The notes under the pieces are model-generated. The model was not told where the DNA came from and ran no database searches. It was given only the letters and a program-made list of their open reading frames with translations. The position numbers and the translations under genes were made by a program. From contig NIVC01000658.1 in the NCBI GenBank assembly GCA_002269645.1, forward strand, positions 62,001 through 126,000: 64,000 bases of DNA. Direction: 5' to 3'. This DNA is from Macrostomum lignano. Its lineage: Eukaryota. The stretch's first letter is position 1; each line of letters opens with the position of its first letter. This document shows positions 45,958-58,283 of this stretch, piece by piece.

Positions 45958-46730
45958 TAGGGAGGGGAGTGAGGTGGGTGAAGGAGTGAGGTGGGTGAGT
46001 GAGTGAGGTGGGTGAGGGAGTGAGGTGGGTGAGTGAGTGAGGTGGGTGAGGGAGTGAGGTGGATGAGTGAGTGAGGTGGGTGAAGGAGTGAGGTGGGTGA
46101 GTGAGTAAGGTGGGTGAGGGAGTGAGGTGGGTGAGGGAGTGAGGTAGGTGAGGGAGTGAGGTAAGTGAGGGAGTGAGGTGGATGAGAGAGTGAGGTGGGT
46201 GGGGTGGGTGAGGGAGTGAGGTGGGTGATGGAGTGAGGTGGATGAGTGAGTGAGGTGGATGAGTGAGTGAGGTGGGTGAGAGAGTGAGGTGGATGAGTGA
46301 GTGAGGTGGGTGAAGGAGTGAGGTGGGTGAGGGAGTGAGGTGAGGGAGTGAGGTAAGTGAGGGAGTGAGGTGGATGAGAGTGAGGTGGGTGAAGGAGTGA
46401 GGTGGGTGAGTGAGTGAGGTGGGTGAGGGAGTGAGGTGGGTGAGTGAGTGAGGTGGGTGAGGGAGTGAGGTGGATGAGTGAGTGAGGTGGGTGAAGGAGT
46501 GAGGTGGGTGAGTGAGTAAGGTGGGTGAGGGAGTGAGGTAAGTGAGGGAGTGAGGTGGATGAGAGAGTGAGGTGGGTGGGGTGGGTGAGGGAGTGAGGTG
46601 GGTGAGGGAGTGATGTGAGGGAGTGAGGTAAGTGAGAGAGTGAGGTGGGTGAGAGAGTGAGGTGGGTGAGGGAATGAGGTGGGTGAGGTGGGTGAGGAAG
46701 TGAGGTGGGGGTGGGAGATGAGGAGTGAGG
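45958..46730. repeat. G-rich low-complexity repeat (gagtgaggtgggtga variants) between the GST copies
   Basis: Strand almost devoid of C over about 770 bp. Confidence 0.9.
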
Positions 46731-47294
46731 GAAAACCGAGATTATCTTCGTCAAGCCGACCCACCAGCAACAAAAATAAGCTCATGCAAACAGCAAGAGC
46801 AGCTTGATATCTCAGTCTGCATGCCCCGGTGCCTTCGGAAAGGCCCAAAAAGGAAGGTCTCAAGCCATATAAGACTTAGCATCCAGACGTAGACTAGTGT
46901 AACAAATAATAAAAAATGCGAACTCTATTGAAGACATCTCTGCAAATTGGAATCCTGAATCAATAACCAGCCAAAACCACGGCCGGTTGCACTAAAAAGC
47001 ATATTATTGTATTGGCAAATTTAACAATTAAAAATGGTGTTGCGAAAAAATCAGTTGCTATGCTTGTAGCAAAACATAGTTTCATCAGCAAGCTACTAGT
47101 GCAAGGTGTTCAAGTCTCAAGTTCGAGCCTCTCACTAACGACTAAACGGCATGTACTTTGATTTTTAAGTCTTTGACACCGGATGAGTTACACATTAAAT
47201 AACTATATTGAGCTACTAAAACTACCACCAAATCAACTGTAGGTGTCAGAAATTTAGCCATGTTTTTATGTACTTCGGCAACGGCAGCAGACGC

Positions 47295-47921
47295 CTACAG
47301 GTGGCCCGAGTTGGTAAACGGCAGTCCCTTGACGTACTCCAAGAACTTTGCAATGCCGGGCCGGGACGCCATGCGGTCGCGGTGCGCCCGGACCCAAGGC
47401 GTCTGCTCTAGCAGCTGCGGTTTGAAGTGCAGCATCACCTCGGCAATGTCGAACAGGTGATAATCTGCCAGGCTCAGCTTCCCATTAGCCAGGTATTCGC
47501 TGCAGGACAGGGCCTTCTCGAACGGAGCCATCCAGCTGGTCCACTTGTCGTTGAACAGCTGCTCGATGGTGTCAAAAGCCCGATAGAAGGGCCCAATGAC
47601 AGACATGTAGACATCATCAGTCTGGTAATACCACATGTCCACATTGGCGGCCTCATCAATGGTGTCACCCAGCAGGCTGGGGTTGGTCAGCTTGGCCAGG
47701 TAGCGAGCGATGGCGTGCGACTGGGCAATGTCCCTGCTGCCGTCCACCCGCAGCACTGGCATCTGGCCGAACACGAAGTCCGGCTTGCGGGCCAGCCACT
47801 GTTCACCCTTGGGGATTCGGGCCTCTGTGAACTCCAGGCCGCCGTCAATCATCAGCGAGCGGGGCAGGTCGCCGCGGCCGCGAATGGGAAAGTAGAACAG
47901 CTCGAGACTGCTGGGTGCCAT
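47295..47921 (-). CDS. Glutathione S-transferase paralogue, intronless, 208 aa
   Basis: LFYFPIRGRGD, FGQMPV, QSHAIARYLAK; shares identical blocks with 44866-45480. Confidence 0.93.
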   Translation of the reverse strand: MAPSSLELFYFPIRGRGDLPRSLMIDGGLEFTEARIPKGEQWLARKPDFVFGQMPVLRVDGSRDIAQSHAIARYLAKLTNPSLLGDTIDEAANVDMWYYQTDDVYMSVIGPFYRAFDTIEQLFNDKWTSWMAPFEKALSCSEYLANGKLSLADYHLFDIAEVMLHFKPQLLEQTPWVRAHRDRMASRPGIAKFLEYVKGLPFTNSGHL

Positions 47922-48080
47922 GGCGATTGCATGGGAATCAGCGTCAGGATGTGAAGAGAATTTCCGAGCTCAAATTTTTCAAGAAGCGCCCCAGGGTCGC
48001 AGAAAAAACTTTGTGGGAGTTTAAGAATTGGGGTCCGTGGTTCAGTGAGTGATTTTTTAGGTTCAGTGAGTGATTTTTTA

Positions 48081-49948
48081 GGTTTATTGTGTGAATTCTG
48101 TGGTTCATTGTGTGAATTCTGTGGTTTATCTGTGAATTCTGTGGTTTATTGTGTGAATTCTGTGGTTTATTGTGTGAATTCTGTGGTTTATCTGTGAATT
48201 CTGTGGTTTATTGTGTGAATTCTGTGGCTTATTGTGTGAATTCTGTGGTTTATTGTGTGAATTCTGTGGTTTATTGTGTGAATTCTGTGGCTTATTGTGT
48301 GAATTCTGTGGTTTATTGTGTGAATTCTGTGGTTTATTGTGTGAATTCTGTGGTTTATTGTGTGAATTCTGTGGTTTATTGTGTGAATTCTGTGGTTTAT
48401 TGTGTGAATTCTGTGGTTTATTGTGTGAATTATGTGGTTTATTGTGTGAATTCTGTGGTTTATTGTGTGAATTCTGTGGTTTATTGTGTGAATTCTGTGG
48501 TTTATTGTGTGAATTCTGTGGTTTATTGTGTGAATTCTGTGGTTTATTGTGTGAATTCTGTGGTTTATTGTGTGAATTCTGTGGTTTATTGTGTGAATTC
48601 TGTGGTTTATTGTGTGAATTCTGTGGTTTATTGTGTGAATTCTGTGGTTTATTGTGTGAATTCTGTGGCTTATTGTGTGAATTCTGTGGTTTATTGTGTG
48701 AATTCTGTGGTTTATTGTGTGAATTCTGTGGTTTATTGTGTGAATTCTGTGGTTTATTGTGTGAATTCTGTGGTTTATTGTGTGAATTCTGTGGTTTATT
48801 GTGTGAATTCTGTGGTTTATTGTGTGAATTCTGTGGTTTATTGTGTGAATTCTGTGGTTTATTGTGTGAATTCTGTGGTTTATTGTGTGAATTCTGTGGT
48901 TTATTGTGTGAATTCTGTGGCTTATTGTGTGAATTCTGTGGTTTATTGTGTGAATTCTGTGGTTTATCTGTGAATTCTGTGATTTATTGTGTGAATTCTG
49001 TGGTTTATTGTGTGAATTCTGTGGTTTATTGTGTGAATTCTGTGGTTTATTGTGTGAATTCTGTGGTTTATTGTGTGAATTCTGTGGTTTATTGTGTGAA
49101 TTCTGTGGTTTATTGTGTGAATTCTGTGGTTTATTGTGTGAATTCTGTGGTTTATTGTGTGAATTCTGTGGTTTATTGTGTGAATTCTGTGGTTTATTGT
49201 GTGAATTCTGTGGTTTATTGTGTGAATTCTGTGGTTTATTGTGTGAATTCTGTGGTTTATTGTGTGAATTCTGTGGTTTATTGTGTGAATTCTGTGGTTT
49301 ATTGTGTGAATTCTGTGGTTTATTGTGTGAATTCTGTGGTTTATTGTGTGAATTCTGTGGTTTATTGTGTGAATTCTGTGGTTTATTGTGTGAATTCTGT
49401 GATTTATTGTGTGAATTCTGTGGTTTATTGTGTGAATTCTGTGGTTTATTGTGTGAATTCTGTGGTTTATTGTGTGAATTCTGTGGTTTATTGTGTGAAT
49501 TCTGTGGTTTATTGTGTGAATTCTGTGGTTTATTGTGTGAATTCTGTGGTTTATTGTGTGAATTCTGTGGTTTATTGTGTGAATTCTGTGATTTATTGTG
49601 TGAATTCTGTGGTTTATTGTGTGAATTCTGTGGTTTATTGTGTGAATTCTGTGGTTTATTGTGTGAATTCTGTGGTTTATTGTGTGAATTCTGTGGTTTA
49701 TTGTGTGAATTCTGTGGTTTATTGTGTGAATTCTGTGGTTTATTGTGTGAATTCTGTGGTTTATTGTGTGAATTCTGTGGTTTATTGTGTGAATTCTGTG
49801 GTTTATTGTGTGAATTCTGTGGTTTATTGTGTGAATTCTGTGGTTTATTGTGTGAATCCTCGGGTTTACTGTGTGAATTGTGGTTTACTGTGTGAATTGT
49901 GGTTTACTGTGTGAATTGTGGTTTACTGTGTGAATTGTGGTTTATTGT
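48081..49948. repeat. Highly homogeneous 21-bp minisatellite (attgtgtgaattctgtggttt), about 89 copies
   Basis: Period 21; source of the CEFCGLL and CVNSVVY pseudo-ORFs. Confidence 0.98.
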
Positions 49949-50434
49949 GAAAATCATATGGTTGAATCTGTAAGTTTAAACTTTCAAAGTCTGTCCACTA
50001 ACTCAAATATTTAACACAAAGTCATAATTTACTTACTCATTATTATGAATAATTTAGTATATTTCGCAGGCTAGGACAGTAAATAAATGGCTACAGATGT
50101 CCTGACATAAATTACATAAGAGTATATCAATATAAAGGACTTTTGTACAAATCAAACACTTGGGCATACACTAATTTTATGAATTATACGTATTTGTGTA
50201 CACACAATGTACATTTGCTACCTGCATGCAGCCATTGGTTGTGATAATAATTTAGTATAGACTATATAATAGTTAATATAAAAAACAAGAGTTTAATATA
50301 TTATTAATAACTAACACAGCCAGCAAAAACAAAAACGAGATTAATTTAAATTAAGTAAACTTAAACTTATTAACTTTGGCTATTAAATTAGACCTAAAAA
50401 TAAAGTCAATGCTTTGGAAACAAAAGCATTTGAT

Positions 50435-51600
50435 GCAGGGAATTCCAGGTGTGCTGATATCTGACAGCAGGGAATTCCAGGTGTGCTGATATCTGACAGC
50501 AGGGAATTCTAGGTGTGCTGATATCTGACAGCAGGGAATTCCAGGTGTGCTGATATCTGACAGCAGGGAATTCCAGGTGTGCTGATATCTGACGGCAAAG
50601 AATTCCAGGTGTGCTGATATCTGACGGCAAAGAATTCCAGGTGTGCTGATATCTGACAGCAAAGAATTCCAGGTGTGCTGATATCTGACAGCAAAGAATT
50701 CCAGGTGTGCTGATATCTGACAGCAAAGAATTCCAGGTGTGCTGATATCTGACAGCAGGGAATTTAGGTGTGCTGATATCTGACAGCAAAGAATTCCAGG
50801 TGTGCTGATATCTGACAGCAGGGAATTCCAGGTGTGCTGATATCTGACAGCAGGGAATTCCAGGTGTGCTGATATCTGACAGCAGGGAATTCCAGGTGTG
50901 CTGATATCTGACAGCAAAGAATTCCAGGTGTGCTGATATCTGACAGCAAAGAATTCCAGGTGTGCTGATATCTGACAGCAGGGAATTTAGGTGTGCTGAT
51001 ATCTGACAGCAAAGAATTCCAGGTGTGCTGATATCTGACAGCAGGGAATTCCAGGTGTGCTGATATCTGACAGCAGGGAATTCCAGGTGTGCTGATATCT
51101 GACAGCAAAGAATTCCAGGTGTGCTGATATCTGACAGCAAAGAATTCCAGGTGTGCTGATATCTGACAGCAGGGAATTCAGGTGTGCTGATATCTGACAG
51201 CAAAGAATTCCAGGTGTGCTGATATCTGACAGCAGGGAATTCCAGGTGTGCTGATATCTGACAGCAGGGAATTCCAGGTGTGCTGATATCTGACAGCAGG
51301 GAATTCCAGGTGTGCTGATATCTGACAGCAAAGAATTCCAGGTGTGCTGATATCTGACAGCAGGGAATTCAGGTGTGCTGATATCTGACAGCAAAGAATT
51401 CCAGGTGTGCTGATATCTGACAGCAAAGAATTCCAGGTGTGCTGATATCTGACAGCAGGGAATTCCAGGTGTGCTGATATCTGACAGCAGGGAATTCCAG
51501 GTGTGCTGATATCTGACAGCAGGGAATTCAGGTGTGCTGATATCTGACAGCAGGGAATTCCAGGTGTGCTGATATCTGACAGCAGGGAATTCAGGTGTGC
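50435..51600. repeat. 32-bp minisatellite (gaattccaggtgtgctgatatctgacagcagg), about 36 copies
   Basis: Two interspersed variants (cagcaggg / cagcaaag). Confidence 0.97.
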
Positions 51601-52086
51601 TATATATCCGGAACAAATGACACACTAAAGTACTACCTGCCCAAGGTGAGGTTATTAATATAGGCATTTGATTGCACAGCTAAATACGGATCCTGTAATA
51701 ATAATAAATAACGGCAAAATCTAATAGTCCATTAGAAATTGAGACAAATAAACGTGACAAAGGCTAGCATTGGGCAAACAGAAAGCTAACAAAATTCCTA
51801 CAAACTCAAAAAGTCCATATTAGTGCAAAATAAACAAATTTGCGCAAAGCTGTCAAAATAATCAGCGCAGCAGTTATCGCCTCAAACAATTAATATTACC
51901 GCAGGTCAACATCGCGGGGGAGATGGTAAAGAAGGAGAATAAAAAGACAGACGCGCAATACTCACAAACAGACTCTCTTAAAATGATTTACAAGATTTAT
52001 AAGCAGCACTGCGTCTACAGCTCGCTCGGCTCTATCACTGAATGGCGAATAGTGATATTGAACAGAAAGACCGCCAGTAGTAGGCA

Positions 52087-52173
52087 GGAGCCAACAGACA
52101 GGCAGGCGGACAGACACAGACAGACAGACAGACAGAGAGACAGACAAACAGACGGACAGGCAGGCAGGCTGGC

Positions 52174-52214
<41 letters not shown>

Positions 52215-52303
52215 AACAGACAGACAGACAAACAAACAGACAGACAAACAGACAGGCAGGCAGACAGACAGACAGACAGACAGACAAACAAACAAACAGA
52301 CAA

Positions 52304-52337
<34 letters not shown>
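52087..52337. repeat. (GACA)n/(AAAC)n microsatellite
   Basis: Compound tetranucleotide tract, likely intronic to the FAM122-like gene. Confidence 0.95.
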
Positions 52338-52372
52338 TCAGACATTGCCATGGCAGCTGCTGTCACTCTCAC

Positions 52373-53298
52373 AGCAGGGAGTCTCTCCTGCTGCCGGCTG
52401 CACTTCCATCTGTGACTGCATCGCCGGCAGAAGCAGCAGCGACTGCTTCAGGAGGCGGGGGTGAAGGCCTCTGCAATACGGACGCGGCGAAGGCCACAGA
52501 GAAGGTTCGACGCCGAACAGGCGTCACGAGGCCGCTGAGGCTCCGTCGCGATCGGGAGCAGCGCAGCGGTGACCAGCCGCCGCCGCCGCCGCCAGAGCCG
52601 CAGGCGGACACGGGGGAGCTGCCAGCAGACCGATCGGAGCCGGACTGCTGCTGCTGCTGCTGCTGCTGCTGGTGGCAGGGACGCTTAGCCGCTGGCGGAG
52701 TCAGTGGGCTTTGCAGAGAGGGGCTGAAGCACTGCTTATCGGCTGCGCCAGTTGTCCCCGAGGTGGCAACTGCGGCGGAGGCGGCGGCGGCAGCGGCGGC
52801 ATTCAAATCGCAGGCAACAAACAGCGGAGAGGACAGCTTCCGCTTCCTGCTAGACGGAGACGCCGGCTGCGGATCTGAGGACTCCGATGATGACGAGAGC
52901 GACAAGTTGTCCCAGGCGCAGGCGACGCTGAGGTTGGCGCTGAACAGCTGCTCGTGGGCTAGCTCCCTGGCCGAGGCGGTCGACGGAGCCTCCTGGGCTC
53001 GCAGCTGCTGCACCCGGCTGCTGGGGTTTCTGGAACCGGCGCTGGACAGTCGGGGCCGAGCTGGCGAGCCCGACTGCTCATTCTGATGATGATGCGGGGG
53101 CGGCTGAGAGTTCTCCGGTTGCTGGGGACCCGGAGACGAAGAGTGCCGGTGTTGGTGGTGCCGGTGATGCCGGTGATGGCGGTGAACCGGCTGGGGGTCG
53201 CTGAAGCCGCCGCCGCCTTCGGCTTCATCGACGTCGCTCACACTGGCGCCGAGACGGGCGCACAGATCGGCGCGGGTGCTGGCGCCGCCGCACTGCAT
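52373..53298 (-). CDS. FAM122: FAM122/PABIR-family PP2A-B55 inhibitor-like protein, main exon
   Basis: SSRVQQLRAQE..ARELAHEQLFSANLSVACAWDNLSLS and KQCFSPSLQS resemble FAM122A SSRLHQIKQEE..RETVHERE..SHSWEESFSLS and KQCFSPSLQS. ATG 6 nt after a cccag| acceptor; probable donor CT|gtgaga at 52373/52372, or stop at 52369. Confidence 0.75.
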
Positions 53299-53360
53299 GC
53301 AAAACTGGGCAGAAACATTTGTTAGAAAATTATCGTGTGAAATTTCCGTTTTACAAAACA

Positions 53361-53930
53361 GTGAGTCAGAATTCCCCTTAATCACATGTGAGATGAGCCA
53401 GAATTCCCCTCAATCACATGTGAGATGAGCCAGAATTCCCCTCAATCACCTGTGAGATGAGTCAGAATTCCCCTTAATCACCTGTGAGATGAGCCAGAAT
53501 TCCCCTTAATCACCTGTGAGATGAGCCAGAATTCCCCTTAATCACCTGTGAGATGAGCCAGAATTCCCCTCAATCACCTGTGAGATGAGCCAGAATTCCC
53601 CTCAATCACCTGTGAGATGAGCCAGAATTCCCCTCAATCACCTGTGAGATGAGCCAGAATTCCCCTCAATCACCTGTGAGATGAGCCAGAATTCCCCTCA
53701 ATCACCTGTGAGATTAGCCAGAATTCCCCTCAATCACCTGTGAGATGAGCCAGAATTCCCCTCAATCACCTGTGAGATGAGCCAGAATTCCCCTCAATCA
53801 CCTGTGAGATGAGCCAGAATTCCCCTCAATCACCTGTGAGATGAGCCAGAATTCCCCTCAATCACCTGTGAGATTAGCCAGAATTCCCCTCAATAACCTG
53901 TGAGATGAGCCAGAATTCCCCTCAATCACC
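53361..53930. repeat. 32-bp minisatellite (cacctgtgagatgagccagaattcccctcaat), about 18 copies
   Basis: Ends about 55 bp upstream of the FAM122-like acceptor. Confidence 0.97.
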
Positions 53931-54663
53931 CGCTTAAATCAGAACACCCTTACAAGTGGCAATTATCAAACACAAACAACCAATTTCAAAACAAAGGTGC
54001 AATATATTTTGCTAAAAAACACAAAAATATGTAAAGACTGATACAGAGATGCAAAACTACGAATTTACCCGACAAAACAAGATTTGAACACAACAAGAGA
54101 AGCATGATTTTGAGTTACAAAACAAGCGCTTAGCAACTTTCAATGATAATAAAATAAATTAATGAGTCAAGCATATATAATTAAAGTACAATACAAACTT
54201 AACTTAATACAAGCCAAGAAACATCAGTGCAGAAAAATTGTTTTTTCGTTGTTGTTAATTAAAATCGAATCAGTATAAGCTACAACAATCAACGAGAATA
54301 TATAATATAATATACTTTTTTGCGAGCCAGAAAGCGCTACGCACAACAAGATGGAGTCTAATGCCTGTTTTTTAGTCAGGAAAAATAGGTGCAGTGTTAA
54401 AAAACAGCTACATAATCGAATGATCCATAGGCTTTAGTACGTATCTGTTCGATGTGAACAAAAATGAATCAACAAATTATGGAGATCAGGAGATGGAAAA
54501 ATATTGGAAATGCTTTTACAAATTACTTCGATTCTTGCTTGAAGACAATTTTAGCTAGCTATAGGATAGATTAGAATGTAAAATATTGACCGATTAATAC
54601 CGTTAAAATAACATTTTTATAACAGAATGTTCACAGGCCAGAGCTCTCTCAGCCTTAGTGCAT

Positions 54664-54720
54664 TTAAGAAGGCTTATTAGCAAATTTCTTCTTGCCTTCA
54701 TCGCTGATCTGACAGATGTG
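54664..54720 (-). CDS. HPRT1: HPRT exon 6 (last)
   Basis: tttgcag| HICQISDEGKKKFANKPS*. Confidence 0.88.
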   Translation of the reverse strand, partial: HICQISDEGKKKFANKPS

Positions 54721-55049
54721 CTGCAAATCAACAGAAATGTTTAACTATGCTAGTTTGTTGAAAACGGCCCTTTTAAGGACACTAATATCGAGACATTCGC
54801 AATGCAACTTGAATTCATTTCCAATGCATCCATCTGAAACTCATTTCCAAAGCATCCAACTGAAACTCATTTCCAATGCATCCATCTTAAACTATTTTCA
54901 ATGCATCAAACTGAAACTCATTTCCATTCCCAACCCATGAAATAAACTCAAACCCAACCTGTGGACAAATGAATATGCAGGTTTTTTTAAGTGTTAGATC
55001 TAAATAAGATCTTTACAAAGTTCTGGTGATATGCAACCCTGTCTGTTAC

Positions 55050-55126
55050 CTTGAGATCGCGAAAGTTCTCATTGTAGTCAAGAGCGTAGCCAACAATGAA
55101 CATGTTGGGCACAGAGAAGCCGACAT
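55050..55126 (-). CDS. HPRT1: HPRT exon 5 (77 nt)
   Basis: ttccag| (Y)VGFSVPNMFIVGYALDYNENFRDLK |gtaac. Confidence 0.93.
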
Positions 55127-55319
55127 CTGGAATAAAATTACAATATCAATAGCACTGCAGTTGCTAACTGGGACAGCGGCAGTGCAAAATAGAAGAGATT
55201 TATTTAATCTTTTTTCGGTCGAGTGCTGGCCACAGAAAGGGGGCAAAGTGCCAAGCTGAAACCAATGTCTACTGACTGCCAACTACTGCACTGCCAAAAG
55301 CCAGAAGTTGACTGCCGAC

Positions 55320-56070
55320 TCTAACCTAAACCTAAATTCTAACCATATAAACCTAATCTTAACCCTAAACACTAACCTAAGGCCGAAACACTATCCTTTT
55401 CCTAAAGCCTAAAAATAAAGCCTAAAAAAATAAAACAACCTAAAAAGACTAGCCTAAACCCTAAACACTAACCTAAACCCTAAACACTAACCTAAACCCT
55501 AAACACTAACCTAAACCCTAAACACTAACCTAAACCCTAAACACTAACCTAAACCCTAAACACTAACCTAAACCCTAAACACTAACCTAAACCCTAAACA
55601 CTAACCTAAACCCTAAACACTAACCTATACCTGAACACTAAACCCTAAACAACTAACCTATATCCTGAACACTAACCCAAACCCTAAACACTAACCTGAA
55701 GCCTAAACACTAACCTGAAGCCTAAACACTAACCTGAAGCCTAAACACTAACCTGAAGCCTAAGCACTAGCCTAAACCCTAAACACTAACCTAAACCCTA
55801 AACACTAGCCTAAACCCTAAACACTAACCTAAACCCTAAACACTAGCCTAAACCCTAAACACTAACCTATATCCTGAACACTAACCCAAACCCTAAACAC
55901 TAACCTGAAGCCTAAGCACTAGCCTAAACCCTAAAAACTAACCTGAAGCCTAAACACTAACCTAAACCCTGAGCAACAGAACTCTAAACACTAATCTAAA
56001 CACTAAACACTAACCCAAACCCTAAACACTAACCTGCGAGTAAACCCTAAACACTCGACTAAACCCTAAT
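55320..56070. repeat. 19-bp telomere-like minisatellite (aaccctaaacactaaccta) in HPRT intron 4
   Basis: Unit built of AACCCT-like hexamers; period 19. Confidence 0.9.
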
Positions 56071-56200
56071 GATTCCCTCGAGATTTACTCAGAGATGGAA
56101 TTCTGCGGCCAAACTAATACGCTCGTATACCTCTAAGTGATTATCTTTCGGTAAGTGTAAGTAACCAAGTTAAATTAAGCTACACGAAGAGGTCGCTTAC

Positions 56201-56348
56201 AGTCAGGAAATAGGCCATTATGCAGTGGAGTCCGCTTCAACAACAAGCTGGCAACCTTAATAGTCTTGGGCTTGTACTGGTGCAGGTGCTCAATCAGCTT
56301 GCTGAGCGTGTGGCCGGTGTCAACAATGTCCTCAACTACTAGCACGGT
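56201..56348 (-). CDS. HPRT1: HPRT exon 4 (148 nt)
   Basis: ttgcag| TVLVVEDIVDTGHTL (PRPP-binding loop)..KVASLLLKRTP..FPD |gtaag. Confidence 0.95.
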
Positions 56349-56421
56349 CTGCAATTAAAAATGGCAATTTATACAAGTCAGCAAAGACAGGATCACAGAT
56401 ACTAGAATTAACTAAACTAAC

Positions 56422-56487
56422 CTTATTAGCCAGAACTTCCAAATCGTAGAGCTTCATAATGCTCACACTGCCCGTTGACTGGTCATT
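56422..56487 (-). CDS. HPRT1: HPRT exon 3 (66 nt)
   Basis: tttcag| NDQSTGSVSIMKLYDLEVLANK |gttag. Confidence 0.92.
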
Positions 56488-57039
56488 CTGAAAATTAGCC
56501 GTTTGATTTGAGTTCACAGTAAAAGTCGTGAAAGAGTCGCCGACTAGTCAATTTGAGGCGTTTTGATTGTCTGCGATTTCTGAAACAAAGCACTTTTATA
56601 ATATGACCCTGGGGCCGTACAGTCGTATCTGAGGCGTGCTGAAGTCGCTGCAGAATCTGCAGAATCACTGAGTTGCGTCTAAAGCGCATTTGCGCTCAGA
56701 TACTAAATAATGAGATGGGCCACTCAGCTACTTTAGCTATGAGTAAGCTACTTTCAGTTCAGTAGTAAGTTAACCAGAAGCATTTTAATGTATTTTTAAC
56801 TTTTCACTTTTCACTTTTCCATAATACCCCCGACCGCCCAGCCACAATTTTTATTGCCTTTCTCGGAATTCCAGCCTAGATCTGCCATGTACATTTCAGT
56901 GGTCTGGCTAATGTACATTATTGCTGAACCAATTAGCAAGCTGTTTACGCCTGCATGCTTGGGCTTCTAAGATTATCAAAGTCATTTCAGCTGCCTTTAT
57001 ATTTATAAAATAGCTTATGTATTATTTTTCTACTGATAA

Positions 57040-57162
57040 CTCGGAGAACTGAAGCAATGCAGAGTAAAGCGTCTTGATCAAGGACACAGATTGTTCTAGC
57101 GGTATCGGGAATCGAATCCCCGACCTTGAAGTCGTGAGTCCGAGTTCTAGGCAAGTACTAAC
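57040..57162 (-). mobile_element. tRNA-headed SINE remnant, CORE-like
   Basis: Plus strand gagaactgaagcaatgcagagtaaagcgtcttgatcaaggacac..gggaatcgaatccc resembles the antisense of CORE/MIR-type SINE core plus B box. Confidence 0.5.
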
Positions 57163-57223
57163 AGTCCATTCTGAGGACTGCATGAAATCATTTCTGCTGA
57201 TAGAAATCTCCCCGTGAGCAAAC

Positions 57224-57526
57224 CTGGTAGCTTCTAGCGCGAATGAAATGACTAGAAATCTTCAAAGACTTGTGACAGCAGTTCTTGCTCTGCATCCGAT
57301 CTGTGAGATCGGTAAAAAACTTGAATCCGCCCTTGAGAACGCAGATTGCGTGCAGACCCTCCTCAGGATCGCAGCTGGCCTGCAGGTCCTGGCTGATCTC
57401 TTCTGCCATGCGCTCGATGCGATCCAACACGAGGCCGTAGGGGATGACCACGTTGGAGATGTAGGGCGCGTAGTGAACCGGGTAGCTGAGCGACTCCAGC
57501 GGCAGCACTGGCGGCTCATCTGGTAT
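57224..57526 (-). CDS. HPRT1: HPRT exon 2 (303 nt)
   Basis: ccccag| IPDEPP..YPVHY..VIPYGLVLDRIERMAEEI..ICVLKGGFKFFTDL..HFIRARSYQ |gtttg. Confidence 0.93.
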
Positions 57527-58283
57527 CTGGGGCGGGTGTACAGGCTATCCGGATTGTAACTGCAGGCTGTTACGTGTGAATATGTGAATCTTAAAACAAG
57601 CAATGACAATACCACTGTGTACAGGAACTTTTTATTTAAAAAAAAGTTTAATGCTTCCATTTGTGTATTACAATAATAAATTTATAAGAAAAAAACTCTA
57701 AACTATACTAGGTCTATTTTCTAATATTGGGTTGCAGTGCTTGGTATAGCTTGCCCCCACCTTCAAAAATTTTCTGTATCTGTGCCTGGATATGGCAACT
57801 GTGTCTATAATGCAGAAACTTATAGAACTGGCAGCCATGTCTCTAATAGTGCTTAGGTCTATACTTATAGACATGGCCACAATTTCTATAATTTTAGAGC
57901 CTACAGACATGTTGGCAGTGTCCCATAGTCCAGATCATGGCAGGTGTACGCCGGAATAAAATTTCCTATGTTTTCAATTTTAGGCTGATGTAAAATTAAT
58001 TCTTTTTATGCCAAGTCTAAAGTTGTTTACATGCCAATATTTTTAAAGAAAATATAATTTTAGAAATACTGGAGTTGTACTGAACTTTAAAATGACTGTT
58101 CTTTGCTAAATTTCAGTTATTGTTCATTTTTTGTTTTAATTTTGTTTTTTTCTTAGAAATTTTGTTAATCCAATATACTAAAAATCAAAACTATGTACCT
58201 ACCTAGTATAGGAACCTTCATTTAACTTAACTTGGTGTGAGTGTTGAATTATAAATGCTATAAATTCATTTATAATTCAATGA

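Noticed and set aside
45892-46863. His/Pro/Thr-rich 323-aa and 266-aa ORFs
   Set aside because: Translations of the low-complexity G-rich repeat.
24962-47921. Functional thiol/detox gene cluster (PPCS, Trx, SLC22, two GSTs)
   Set aside because: Mixed orientations, long repeat-filled gaps and common gene families; no shared regulatory motif seen, so adjacency is probably coincidental.
48149-51667. Long Cys-rich ORFs (567 aa CEFCGLL etc.)
   Set aside because: Simple translations of 21- and 32-bp tandem repeats in several frames; no domain, splice or codon evidence.
51923-53086. 387-aa plus-strand ORF
   Set aside because: Composed of a microsatellite translation plus the antisense of the FAM122-like exon.
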